Below, in pieces: positions 14,627-26,755 of a DNA stretch of 64,000 bases (position 1 is the stretch's first letter; each line of letters begins with the position of its first letter). The notes beneath the pieces were generated by a model. The model was not told the DNA's origin and did not search any database. It saw only the letters and a program-made list of their open reading frames with translations. The stretch is taken from contig CM082592.2 of NCBI GenBank assembly GCA_040954595.2, positions 2,731,462-2,795,461 of the forward strand, written 5' to 3'. A program made the position numbers and the translations under genes. Source of the stretch: Balanoglossus misakiensis (Eukaryota > Animalia > Hemichordata).

Positions 14627-17381
14627 ACATCACTTAATCGATTTGTCCGCGATACACATCCATCACAACCTTGATCATGCTGCCCTTCTGAATTCGATTT
14701 TCTTCTCGGCCCATCAATCAAAAATCAACATCTCATTTGCATGACAATTGAGATTCTTGGGAAGAAGCACACAGAAGGAATAATCCATTCAATACCTTTA
14801 CATTAAAAACATAATTCCTCTGTCCCTCCCTCCCAGCAAGTTAAAAGCTTTTAGAACACAAACCAATGCGAATGCTAGAGGGCTTGTTGTGTCAGGATAT
14901 GCAACAAAAGACTTCTGTGTTTCCCTAATAATTCAGCAAAAATCACTTCTTTTATCTTTTTGTCTTCCGTACAGCAGGAAGTCAATGTGACCACAGCTGT
15001 AACAATAATACTGTGCATTATATCGCGATTGAGAATACACAAGTACCTACGTCATTTCATCTGCATATGAATATAAACCGATGATCATCAGATCAGGACA
15101 GTAAGATAAAGCTTCTGCAACTGTGTTAACACTGAATTAAATGAAACCGTTCTGAAAGACACTTTCAAATATTCAAATCCCGTTTGATGACAGTTTGCCA
15201 AAACAAAATTCTATCACTTCAACCGTATTATGAAAATCATCTTCACAAAAAATGTCTGGATTATCAGCGATTGTATCTCTGATGTTCTGAATGCTTGGCA
15301 ACAAAGCATGTCATTCACTGGGTTTTTTCATAGGACAAACTTATCAATTTGTTGTAAATGCCAAATTCGGCATCTACGTGAACAAACTGTAAATGTAAAT
15401 GGCTGTATGTTTTCCTACATTGTGAAGCACACTGACCATGATGCAGCAATAATATCACTACAAGTGACAATATCACCACACCACTGGTGTGGCGAAATAT
15501 TTTTTTTAAAATGCAAAATATATATTTATTTTTTTTAGGGGGGGGGGGGGGTAAATTATAATGTTACTTCAACTTGTAATATTTCCCAAATCCCATAGAG
15601 TTAGCCTTATCAAGCTGATATCCCTAATATAAGTGGGGATAAACTCTGGTATGTTACCAGAAATTCAGACTTGAAAAGGTTAATTAATGAGAATTATACC
15701 AGCTCACACTTTTTTTGCACGACAGCATGCAACACAAATTCCAATTAGTCTCCTCCCGCGAAACCATGGTAACTGCCATCTTGTGAATAGATGGCCATTT
15801 TTAGTTGTTGTATGAGAGGAAAATTAGTTACGGAATGTGCAGCTCTAGCTGTATATGCTGTCTGTCCATCAATGATTAAATTTTAGAACAATTGGTCTGT
15901 CAGCTTGTATTCACACAAAAAATAATTTTCAGGGGGACGAGCTCATGCAACATTCATTCCGGGGTTAAATGGTCATGTGTTTGGAGGACAGGCAAATATT
16001 AGCAATGCAGTGATTTCATCATACATAATGCTGCTTGGCGTTCACACGCACACACTTCTGCGAGCGAAAAAAAAAAGAAAGCCAATTAAAATTGGACTGT
16101 CAGATGATGCCCATGCAAAAGTCCAATCAGCCAGTTCCCATTGCTAGTTATCGTCATGATATAAACACATCTCTACTGAATGCAAAGTGGCCTTAGAATG
16201 GTCCATACATAGGCACAGAGGATTATTAGAAACTGCAGAAATGATGGAAGTCCAGACAGCAGAAAAGTAAGAAATGTAAAAGTAGCCTCCTATCATGTAC
16301 TGGTAACAGGTTTTCGATAACTAGTTAATGTTACCCTAATCTTTGGTGTTTCTTTTTCAATATGAAAAATAAGAACACAATCAAAAAGATTGCTATATGA
16401 GAGAGTCAATGAAATTCAATATTTGGACACATATTTATAAACCTTCACAAAACACAACTGTCTGTGGGACAGCATTTACCAAGAATCAGTTTAACGACCA
16501 AACGACCAACTATTAAATTCCAGTTGTCAAATTTATAATATCATTTCCCCATAATTTTCAACCAAGTGAACAGAAGTTAGTTTTGAATTACACACACTGG
16601 CAGTTTGGTCACACAGGGATCTATAAGTGAAGTTGACATGACCTAGTCATGGCACAGACCTGTTTCTTGAGGGTGTACGGTCCAAAGGGACTTCCTAGTG
16701 AACAACACAAACCCCATGATGTGGACAGAGGACGTACTGATTGCAATGAAGCACACAGATCTGTGACTTGGAGATAGGCACTTTACAAATGATATTGTAA
16801 AACGGGAAATTTTTTGCGAGCGATACATTTTCACGAACTACGCAAGAGCCAAAAAACGTGAAAAATATAAAGTCTCAATAAAAAGGGCCTCACCAAAATG
16901 CTCTAATTACTCAGATTGTGAACAACCAAGACGATCAAAGTTCCTCGCAACGAATTCCAAAGCCTACCTTGATGGATTTTAACAACAATGGCAACAACTA
17001 AAACCTGATTGGCAAAGATGAAACCATTCACCTGTCAATCATTTTTCAATCACTTTTTTTGATAAAAACTTAATTACATGTTGATGGTGCATCACTTTGA
17101 ACCAAAAGCTCTACATCTTCCATTCAAAAGGGCCTTGGCTCAGTCAGGAACAAGGCCAGGTCTCTAATAGTCATATTATATCATTTATGAATTATTGCAC
17201 TTGGAGTCTCTGTAATAATTTGCACATTGTCACAAAAAACATACTTGTATGTTTTTAAAAAGAGGGTACTGATGGACATTGTTTGGTTCGGAGCCTAACA
17301 AAAAACATCACAAAGCACACACTTATCAGGGATCTTCCATTGGAAACACAAAATTACGATCCACATATATATTGCATTTAA

Positions 17382-17559
17382 AGGTGTACGGTCACCTATG
17401 GAAAATTAGCTATAGTTACCATGGCAAATTGAGATCTAGCCAATCACAGATTTTCAGCACACGCGAAAAAAAGAGCGCCACCATATGATCTTTAGAATGC
17501 TCAAATACGCCATTTCAGCCATATATGGGCGTATGTAAATTGGAGGTGACTGTGTACCT
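17382..17559. mobile_element. MITE, Kolobok-like (TTAA TSD)
   Basis: Left end AGGTGTACGGTCACCT versus reverse complement of right end AGGTACACAGTCACCT; TTAA on both flanks. Confidence 0.75.
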
Positions 17560-20500
17560 TTAAGCCCATTTCAGTAAATTCTCTATATGCCAGTATTCCA
17601 AACTTTGCTTCTCTCAAACTGCATGATGTATTCGACACGCATGCAATCACATTCAAATTTCAATTAACTCTTAATCTATGAAACATATGTTGTGGAGATG
17701 ACAAGCTTAGAGATACATAGCTACCAGGCTTTGCACCCTTCTGTTAGTGCCAGCTACTCATTCATTCTCAAAGAACACAATCACATCAACCAAAAGTACG
17801 ACTGAACCAGTCTCGACATATCTGCAATGTGCCTTTGTTTTATACATCACACCCTGTTTAATTTTTCATGCACTTGATAAATCTAGATAATTTGAAAAAT
17901 TCTCAAAAGACATATTGTCCTTCTTTATTTTCTGGAAACGTTTGCTCTTAGAATCAAAGAAGACAGAAAAAAATGATACACTTTTGCGTTTAGTTTCATT
18001 TGGTTGACCTCACACAACCCCGTCAGCATCATATGACACTTTTCAAGTCCCAGAAAGTGGTCTCGGATGGTTCCATTCTGGTTGGTGCCAAATTCCATGA
18101 AAACTGACCAACACTCTGACACAGAGTCAAGCAGTCAGTTTTAAAATAAATCCAAAACTTGGGACTAATCTCAGCTTGCTATTTTTGTGTTATATGCATA
18201 CGCCCTTTTTTCATTTAATGCTTCAGAGTAATTTCATGGCAAGAACCCTTCAGAATCTTAAGCATTACAGAAGTCAGCTATGACAAACAGCAATTACACA
18301 CCGAGTTGATGTTATAAAATTATATTTTAATCTAGTCTGAGGGATTGGAAGTCCCATGAAATGATAGAGAGCAGCCACAACAGACTAAAGGCACAGGCTT
18401 AGGCAGTCAATCACAGCGAGCAGTGCTCACACTAAATCCGATAAAGTGAGTTTTCAATTCTATTGAGGGTGTAGAAGCAATCACAAACTGAATGACGACT
18501 TCTCTTTACTTACACATTCTTGGGCTGATCAAAATCTCTCCAGTCGAGTATTAAGAAAATCTCAAATCACCAAGACCTACTTTCAATATTGCTAGTAAAG
18601 TGTTTCCCACCGTCCCCCCTCCCAACTGATTGCAAGCTTTTCAAATACTTCAATATAACTGCTGATTTCTCAGAAGGCAGACCTGATTCCAGAAAAAAAA
18701 CACAAAAAGTACCATGCTTTCTTCAAAAGCTTTAGTGATAAAATCTAGGGACAGCGTGTTTGTAGAAATGGCATATTGATTTTCCTTGCCCGATGACGAC
18801 TGCATATGTTATAATTGGCTGTTTCGAACGTCATCGCCGCGGTCGAGTCTCAGTGTTAAAGACTGTCGCTCATCATTAATTATGCGGACAGTTTTATTTA
18901 TGAGACACTTTTGGATATTAATACTAATAATCCTGGAATGATAAAACAGAATTCTAGAAAAAAAATTCAAATTTTTGCAGGGTTCGATGCTTATGGAACA
19001 GTGTATTTGGAACAGTGTATTTTCGCAGCAATACAGATGTAAGCAACATTAGAATACATTGGTTGTAAACATGATTTTTTTTAAGTGCAAATTTCAGATC
19101 TCTTTTTTTAAGCAGCCAGGGGGAAAATACTGTATGAGACAAATTGCATGATATTTTGCTTTTGTGGTGCTTCCTGCTTTCAAATTCCAACAATCAACAC
19201 TCCCTGCTTCAAGCAATCTCTGCACACAAAAGAAGCATGGTGGATATACATTGTACACACATTTCTAGGCAAGCACACACTTCAAGCTTTTCTATGCAAA
19301 GCTGGGACACGCCAAAGCTTTAGTCGTAGGCTGCAGTAAACACAATAAACTGAAAGATGTGGTAAATAGGCGGATCAATAACTCTAGTCTGCAACTCCCC
19401 TTGGACAAATATCACACTTTCTCTTTTTTTCAGTCTCCTTTCTTCCAGATGCTTTCACATGTTGAGATAATGAAATACCAGGGTGGTTAGATATATACTC
19501 AGTGGTACGTCATACTACAAACAAGTTGTATATAGCCACATCATCATCAACAGACAATTGTCTAGTAAACCTGACTACCGATACAAACAAACGCACAAGG
19601 TTGAGGTCAACCACAAGTTGGTATCGTTGGAATTGCTTCAATCTCGTTTTTATCTTATTTTCAGTATTCCTTTGATGTTGGATGAGATTTGACAGTGGTG
19701 ATGACAAGGCCTGCAGCTAGGCGCAGATGAAGTGGGGGCCTATCATGCTCTCTCCACACAATCCAAAGTAGTGATGGGGGGAAACGACTCAGCATGTACA
19801 GTGAGTTTCGCCTCAGGCATAGCAACAGTGTGTATCACCCTTGATGAACTCTTACCAAATGAAAATACTTGACACGTCAGACAATTTTGAGCAGAGCTAC
19901 GAAAACTTCAAAGTGAAAGGTGCAAAGATAAAAAAAATGTTCCTGTGTTATTGCCTCCATGAAAGAGATTAATAACAATGTTGCCACTGGCTGTGTTTCA
20001 AGTGCCATTTGATAACGGTCTGTTGGATTTCTATTTAGGCCAGCCGTTAAACCCACGCTAAAACTTAAATCCACGCTAAAATTCCAAAAAATTCCGCCAA
20101 GAGTCTAAAATATGCAAAATGGAATGACAGCTAGTATCTATTCCCATGTTTCTACCGACCCCAGGCCCTTCTCTTATTCAATTTCCGACATTTTGCAAAG
20201 ATATGGATTTCAGATCATCACTCAACATTGTCGTTCCACAGGCAAATGGAATAAATAAAAAAAAAATCACAGGATCATTTTTGTTACAAGCAAATCCTGC
20301 AGTTCTGTGCCAAAAAATAGATGGAAACATGAGATTATTTGATTGCAAATTGAATTCGCAAAACTACCGATTTAACAGACACTGGTGTTGTGTTATCATT
20401 TGAGTGACTTTCTTTTTTCTTTCAATCACATTGCGAGAGACAGGTAGATGGATTAGATACTCATTAGCTAACAGCCTACGATCACTTAATTACGATAATC

Positions 20501-21029
20501 CCACTGTGATTGGAACACAACAACCTATCAGGTCAACATTCCACTTTATGAGGAAGAATTCAACTCACTTAGGAAATATCTGTCTCTGATGAGGCCCCTC
20601 AGCTCTTCACAGATACGCAACTTGAAATTTACATTATACAAATACGGCTACAATCAAATTATACTTGGACAGGAATGTGTTAAGCAAATCACAGACTGAA
20701 GTTATGCTGGCGTTGATGAATTCACAGCTGTACATGGTGTTGAACTGATCTGCGCTGAAATGGGTGTTAGTGTGTGTTTGGTCTGTCCATGATGGGATGA
20801 GTGGATATGTGTACAGATTGACACAGGAGGAAATCACCACAAATGCCCAACACATCAGTCCTGATTTCCGGACTATCCCCACTGATCTCCATCACTTCAC
20901 TTTCTTGTCTATTCCCAACTGATTTCCATAAATCACCCTTTTCACATCAGATAGTCAATTAGAAGTCACACAAAAAAATGAACGGTGATTGAATTCAATT
21001 GAACCAAATCACAATCTTGTCTGGTCAGC

Positions 21030-21074
21030 TACACACATACATGTACAGACGCACACACACATACATACACACAC
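21030..21074. repeat. Imperfect (CA)n, read as (UG)n in the msi pre-mRNA downstream of exon 7
   Basis: acacacatacatgtacagacgcacacacacatacatacacacac. Confidence 0.8.
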
Positions 21075-21652
21075 GTTGACCAATGCAAGTTTAACAACCC
21101 GGAGTGTTGTTCTCTTGCTTTGATTCGACCAGAAACCAAATGTTTTATAGCGCTATCAATCAGCTTCCATAAGACTGTTCCAGGTAAGTAGTAAAATATA
21201 ATTTATGAAATACAACTTCCTATCTACATTTTATGTACATGTTTCAAATTCATCAAATAGTGACAAGTGCTACTATCCCGGATTATGTCCCAAACACCAT
21301 CCAATGTTCCAGATGATGGAGTGTTCCCAACCAACGGGAATAAAGACCAATCTGGTCATTCCGTACACAGAGTATTGCTTACCAACTGCTGACATAGCCT
21401 ATAAAAATAGAAGCTTGTCTTGATTTCCAAGCCAAACAGACCATTAGGCTAGCCGAGGTGACCCAAGGGCACAATACCACATGGAATGTTCTCCAAATCA
21501 AATACCGGAATGGATTTTCAGGGGGCCTGTGAGAGTATGTGTACTTTGAAGAGGAATATGAGCAGCCACAACAGATGCAGTTGGATTTCCACACACACAA
21601 AAAAAGATTTGTTTGCTGTGTGGTTGATTAAGACGCTGCAACCCACACTTAC

Positions 21653-21701
21653 CTCTATGTCTGTTCGTCTGTTTGTCAAACATAAGCTGGGCATCTTCTA
21701 C
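21653..21701 (-). CDS. msi: musashi exon 7 (VEDAQLMFDKQTNRHR-G)
   Basis: gcttgcag|GTAGAAGAT...CATAGAG|gtaag; 49 nt; matches Msi VEDAMLMFDKTTNRHRG; embedded in ORF 21498..21713. Confidence 0.96.
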
Positions 21702-22237
21702 CTGCAAGCACAAAACAAGAAAGAAATATCGACATTAAAATTCTGATAGACCCAAGTTACTTGCAAAGATGACATAGTTTGAGAATTTTATATTTAGTTT
21801 ACTAGAATTTTTTTTGTGAGAGTCAAAAATAGAATCGGATTGAAGTACTGCGAGCTGTCTTCACTGAGCGTGCAGAGCCCACCAGCCTGGATGGAGTCAA
21901 CCATTGGTCACATTCTGCATACTATCACACATCTATTATTTCCAATCATACACAATTCCATCGCTGCTGAAGTTTACCATGAAGGAAGATAAGGTCACGG
22001 CAGATGCAGGATTTTTTTATTACTGCCCTGCATTGACATTTTCAATTTCCTATTCGTGCACGTTTGTCATGTTCCGATAAATTGAATTTCACACATCACT
22101 TTTAATGAATGCACTTTCACAACTGAAACCTTTTCACATTTAGGGAAGGTGACATTCGACAGACCGCAAACATCCAATTTCAATTACCGTAACAATTACA
22201 TGGTTGTATTATTGATTAAGAAGAAGCATTGTATTAA

Positions 22238-22578
22238 AGGGACAAAGTCTCTCTCTCGCTGCCCTTTTTCCATTAAATATGTTTGATACAAGACACCATT
22301 TAAAAGTAAATGTGTATACGTAGTGAATCAACGTTCAACCACACACAACTTCCATCTCGCTTGTAAACAAGAGAGTGAAAAACTCGCTAAAATGATTAAT
22401 CGGTGTTTACCATTTATTCATTTCGGCGAGATTTTTACTCTCATATCATACAAACGGGATTGAAGTTGTGTGTCGTAGAATGTTGATTCTATATATCCAC
22501 ATGTAGAATAACATAAACAGTGTCTTGAATCAAAGAAAATGAATGGAAAAAGGGCAGCGAGAGAGAGACTTTGTCCCT
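22238..22578. mobile_element. Palindromic MITE, Kolobok-like (TTAA TSD)
   Basis: Perfect 37-bp TIR AGGGACAAAGTCTCTCTCTCGCTGCCCTTTTTCCATT; imperfect inverted symmetry continues to the centre; TTAA at 22234-37 and 22579-82; purine-purine terminus. Confidence 0.88.
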
Positions 22579-24178
22579 TTAAGAATAGAGTCCATGCATA
22601 GCAGATTTGAAGTTTGACAGAGCAGAGATTGTGACGTCTCACTGCTCATTTACACATTGAGAAAAAATCTCAGCAAAAGGTGCGTTTAAAACACTAGACA
22701 CATTCTTTGAGAAACTGTTTAGACCGGTGTGGAGTGACCGCACTTGGCAACTAAACCCCAGCCATGTTGGTATACAGGAAATTCTTTTTGTCTCCCAAAC
22801 CACTCCAGACAGCCAAAGTAAAGAGCTAATTCTGATAAGAATGAATTCCAAAGAGCTTTCTCCTTTTCGTGGAAGGATTATAGACATTAGAAGGAGATCA
22901 AATGTTTGTAAACCTCGCAAGGAGATGAAGTCACAGTATATTTTCCCATGCAGACATTTTCCTCTTGCTGCTGTGTGTATGTATGCTGATTTGCCAAGTC
23001 TTTCTTGGCTAATCAACTCCAATACTATTTTTTTCCACACAAAATAATAATCATAAAGGACATTCTGTGAACCTAACAATATATTTTACGTGCCATACTT
23101 TATTTTTACTTGTATTTATTACACTGTGGTTTTATTTTACTGCATTTCAAAAACAGCTGTGAAAATGGAAATTATGGAAGTTTTGAACAGTGACCATTTT
23201 AATAAACCAAGAGAGAAAGAAAACTCGAATTTTAGAATGGACATCAGTTGAAACCTACAGTAAGGCAGATTCCTAGGAATGGTCTGTCACCACAGACTGT
23301 TCTGGACTGGTAGACACAGGCGGCTGGCTGCAATCAAAGCTATTTTTCAATCATTCCAAAGCAACTCAGTCAAACATACCAAGATTACAACCTGATACAT
23401 ATGAAACCTGAACTGTATGGGCCTTTATGTATACAATAATTAAGAATTGAGGAGCAGTCAAGCAGTGCTCTTAAACCAAATAACATGTATTTTAATATAA
23501 AACCACATAATTTGTTAATTTCTTTTGCTACGTCGAAAGACAGCTCTAATCTGGCATTGTCTTCTAGTACAGCTGATGTCTAAATGAAGGGCTGTAAGCT
23601 GTTCAGATGTCTAAAATATTTGCCCAAGCAGATAAGAAACTATTAACAGTTGGCTTACATCCCCTTAATGGACAGGCACTGACAAGCAGTTCTGATATGA
23701 ACAAAATGCAAGTATGATTAGGTGCACGCAAAACCAAACAGTCACAACTACTTTGACTTTGCTTGTGTGTGCACTGGCACTGTACACATTCACTAAATGC
23801 AAGGCTGATTTTAAGTCCCCTATTGTGTGTGTGCAACGTATAATAGTAACCAATCTGTACTTATATAATAGTACAGAGTAAAAGTATGTTTGTGAAGGGC
23901 ATCAGCTCTCACTTCTTTTCTAAGTAACAAACTGCACAAATTCAATAGGTGATACTTCAAATTTAAATGTTGACTTTCGCTTAATTTCAAAGTTTTGCAA
24001 AATATTTGAAGTTGAAATCTCATATTGCACTCAAACAGAAAACCTACCACAATGTTAGATTTGCTAAAAACTCAAGACATTTTATCTTATGAAGTTGACC
24101 AGTCACCACATGCAATTTTCATTCATTGTATTAAAAGTCACAATCAGTGTTTGAAATTCATTTCATCATTACTGGACA

Positions 24179-24395
24179 CAGTGTTTCATCTAGATGGGGT
24201 GATGGGGGATTCACCCCTTGTTGACAAGTTGGCACCCCTTAGCAATTTGTCAAGGGGGGACCAGTGCCCCTTAAAATGATGTCATTCACATGTTGGAAAT
24301 ATTACAGTCCCCCCTTGCCAGAGTGGAATCCCCCTCAAATATTCTGGCGAAGGGGGACATATCCCCCTGTTGATACCATCCTGGATGAAACACTG
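24179..24395. mobile_element. MITE with CAGTG termini and apparent 5-bp TSD (GGACA)
   Basis: TIR CAGTGTTTCATC (12/12, extending imperfectly to ATGG); GGACA at 24174-78 and 24396-400; internal CCCC/GGGG repeats. Confidence 0.75.
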
Positions 24396-26742
24396 GGACA
24401 TAAAGTATACAATGAGTTGAATGACTATACATGAACATGTGTACGTTTTGAGAACTTTTCATCTCGGACCTTGAGCCAGCAGCCAGGCCTTGCAGCCAGC
24501 CCTTCCCATGGTATAAAACATCCTTGAAGATGTGTGATTTGTTTGTCCAGACAGTCCAGCAGACATTCTGTGACCTCGGTTAGGTAACTCCTGCATTAAT
24601 TACATCCACATTATTCAAATCACCAGTTGCCTCTCACATTTCATACATGCCACAATACTGAACTTGGCAAGCCTTCAGAATGATTAATTTGACAGAATTA
24701 GTTGAAAATCCTGCTAGTAAATCAAAGATTCATTGATACAGTCACCTCATATTTCATCATTTAGTGCAGTTACAGTCACCCAACCAACAAGGTTACGGTA
24801 AAAGTTAGACTTCTTTTCTCGTACTTTTATTTGCAAAAGGGTTCATCACAGTTCTCTTTTTTCAACATGTTGTGAACTGACCGCATACATATGCACCAAG
24901 TTCAGTTGAAAAGTATGTCATGTATTGTTGGGTTTTATAGCAAAGCTTTTACTAGTATCAATTATCTATAAAAATCTGGATCTGCAATTTACTGTTCAGC
25001 TGTTGTTAAACTTTATGTTGGTGGAAGTGACTATAAAAATGAAAGCATTCGGTGTCATTGCAGTTACACCGTAAAAATCATGCCACTTTTTGGGGGCAAG
25101 TCTGTCCATAAAAGCTCGGGACAACTGTTCATGAGATCTGCCACTTTGATTACTACGGACTGTTCTGCTTATTCTCATTAAGACAGACCATGTTACCGCA
25201 AACTATTCGGGGGAATCTCTGATGTCAGAACGTGTCATTGTATGTGACGGCAGACATCAAACACTGTGTTTTGTTTTATTACATCTGTCATATGGGTCTG
25301 TCAGCTGTGACCGCTCACCACTCGTCTTTGTCTCAAAAACAACTGTTTTCAAAGCACATAACATACCATACAGATATAGATACCTTCTTTCTACTGTGAG
25401 TGTGATGCTAATATGGAGCTCATCTTAGCTAGTGCTAACCTTGCAACCAGTCTAGTGCTACATAGTCTAGCGTTATCTTAAAGCCTGTCAATTAATTGCG
25501 CACCCCCCATCAAATCTTAGCCTTGTATTCATTTAGCGCTACTCTTGTGTTTAGACAAACTGAAAGAACTATTGACCCCGGAAAACTGACAATTCAAAGT
25601 GTAACTACAGAAATATTTAGAAGATGCATACAAGGACACCGTTTCAGTTTAAAATCATAATAATCCATTCACACTGAATCCTGGAGATCTGGAATTTGGA
25701 CTCCACACTTTATGTTAATCGCAAGCAAATATGAATTGATATCTGTCAATGCCAGATTCAAGGGCAGAAAGTTACAGCTAGCAATCCAATTAGAAGCTTG
25801 CTTCTTATCATCCACAAAGTCTGAAGTTTAATAGTATCAGAATAATGTGTTCCAAGGACAAAGACTTCAAAAATTGTTAATAAAGTTCACTTGAAATAAT
25901 GAGCTAAATCTTTTGATCGCGCGGTAGCGTAGTATTGTTAATGTGCAAATGATAGAACTAAGAACACATATTTGTTAGTTTGGTATTTTGTTACTCCCAT
26001 AACTGAAAGATCGTCTGACCGTCAGAGAGAATAACTCTGCAGATGATTTCACAAACAACTCCAGCTGAATTTTTTCTGTTTATGTCTTGGATATCAATAA
26101 AATGTTGCCCATACTTGATTACATTTTTTAGAGAGCTGCATGCACACAAATCAGAACTGTGAAATGATTTCTTAACTGTGAGTAACGGCAATCCAAAGCT
26201 GTTATTGTGCCAGGGTTGCCAACATACTGGCCTTTGCTCTCCGACATCATCAGTCAAGTCTTGATTGCTATAAACACTGAGAGCCACCATCTTTGCTTAT
26301 TCGCGTTTCCACGGCTACTGACAGATGGAGGACACAAACTGTCTCATCAGGACGGCAAGTCTTTGTTTATTTTGGAACTGCCTAAAATGTGTCAAGCTCG
26401 TCAACTGGGGAGCCCTGGAATGGTGTGAGCTTTCAGTGTTGCCACAGACACCTTTGGTTGTTGATGCCATGATCGCATCACGGGGAAATATAGTACCCAG
26501 TCTCAATTCTCACACTGCTACGACACATAAAAACTTCAACGTGTTTTAATGCCATCAGTTTATCACCTGCCACTCTTGTCAAGCCACTGAAATTTCATTT
26601 AGAATTATCGTGATGTGGGAAAGAAGACAATTATCTGAAAATGTCTGCTCCTTCTCGTAGGCGGACGACCGCGTGCAAATCACGGCCATCACAGCTCCCA
26701 ACTACACACAGCTGACTGTCTGAAATCATTCCCACACTGATT

Positions 26743-26755
26743 AGGTCAAAGGTCA
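26743..26755 (+). promoter_or_regulatory. Perfect nuclear-receptor DR1 (AGGTCAAAGGTCA)
   Basis: Exact consensus; a second exact copy lies in reverse orientation at 280-292. Confidence 0.4.

Noticed and set aside
15190-15260. Minus-strand peptide FCEDDFHNTV as msi exon 8 (CEIHFHEINNK)
   Set aside because: The resemblance is superficial; there is no FGFVTF motif and no suitable splice sites.
24177-24183. CACAGTG (RSS heptamer) at the MITE end, suggesting a RAG/Transib element
   Set aside because: The other end reads CACTGGG, no TSD fits those boundaries, and no nonamer or transposase is present.
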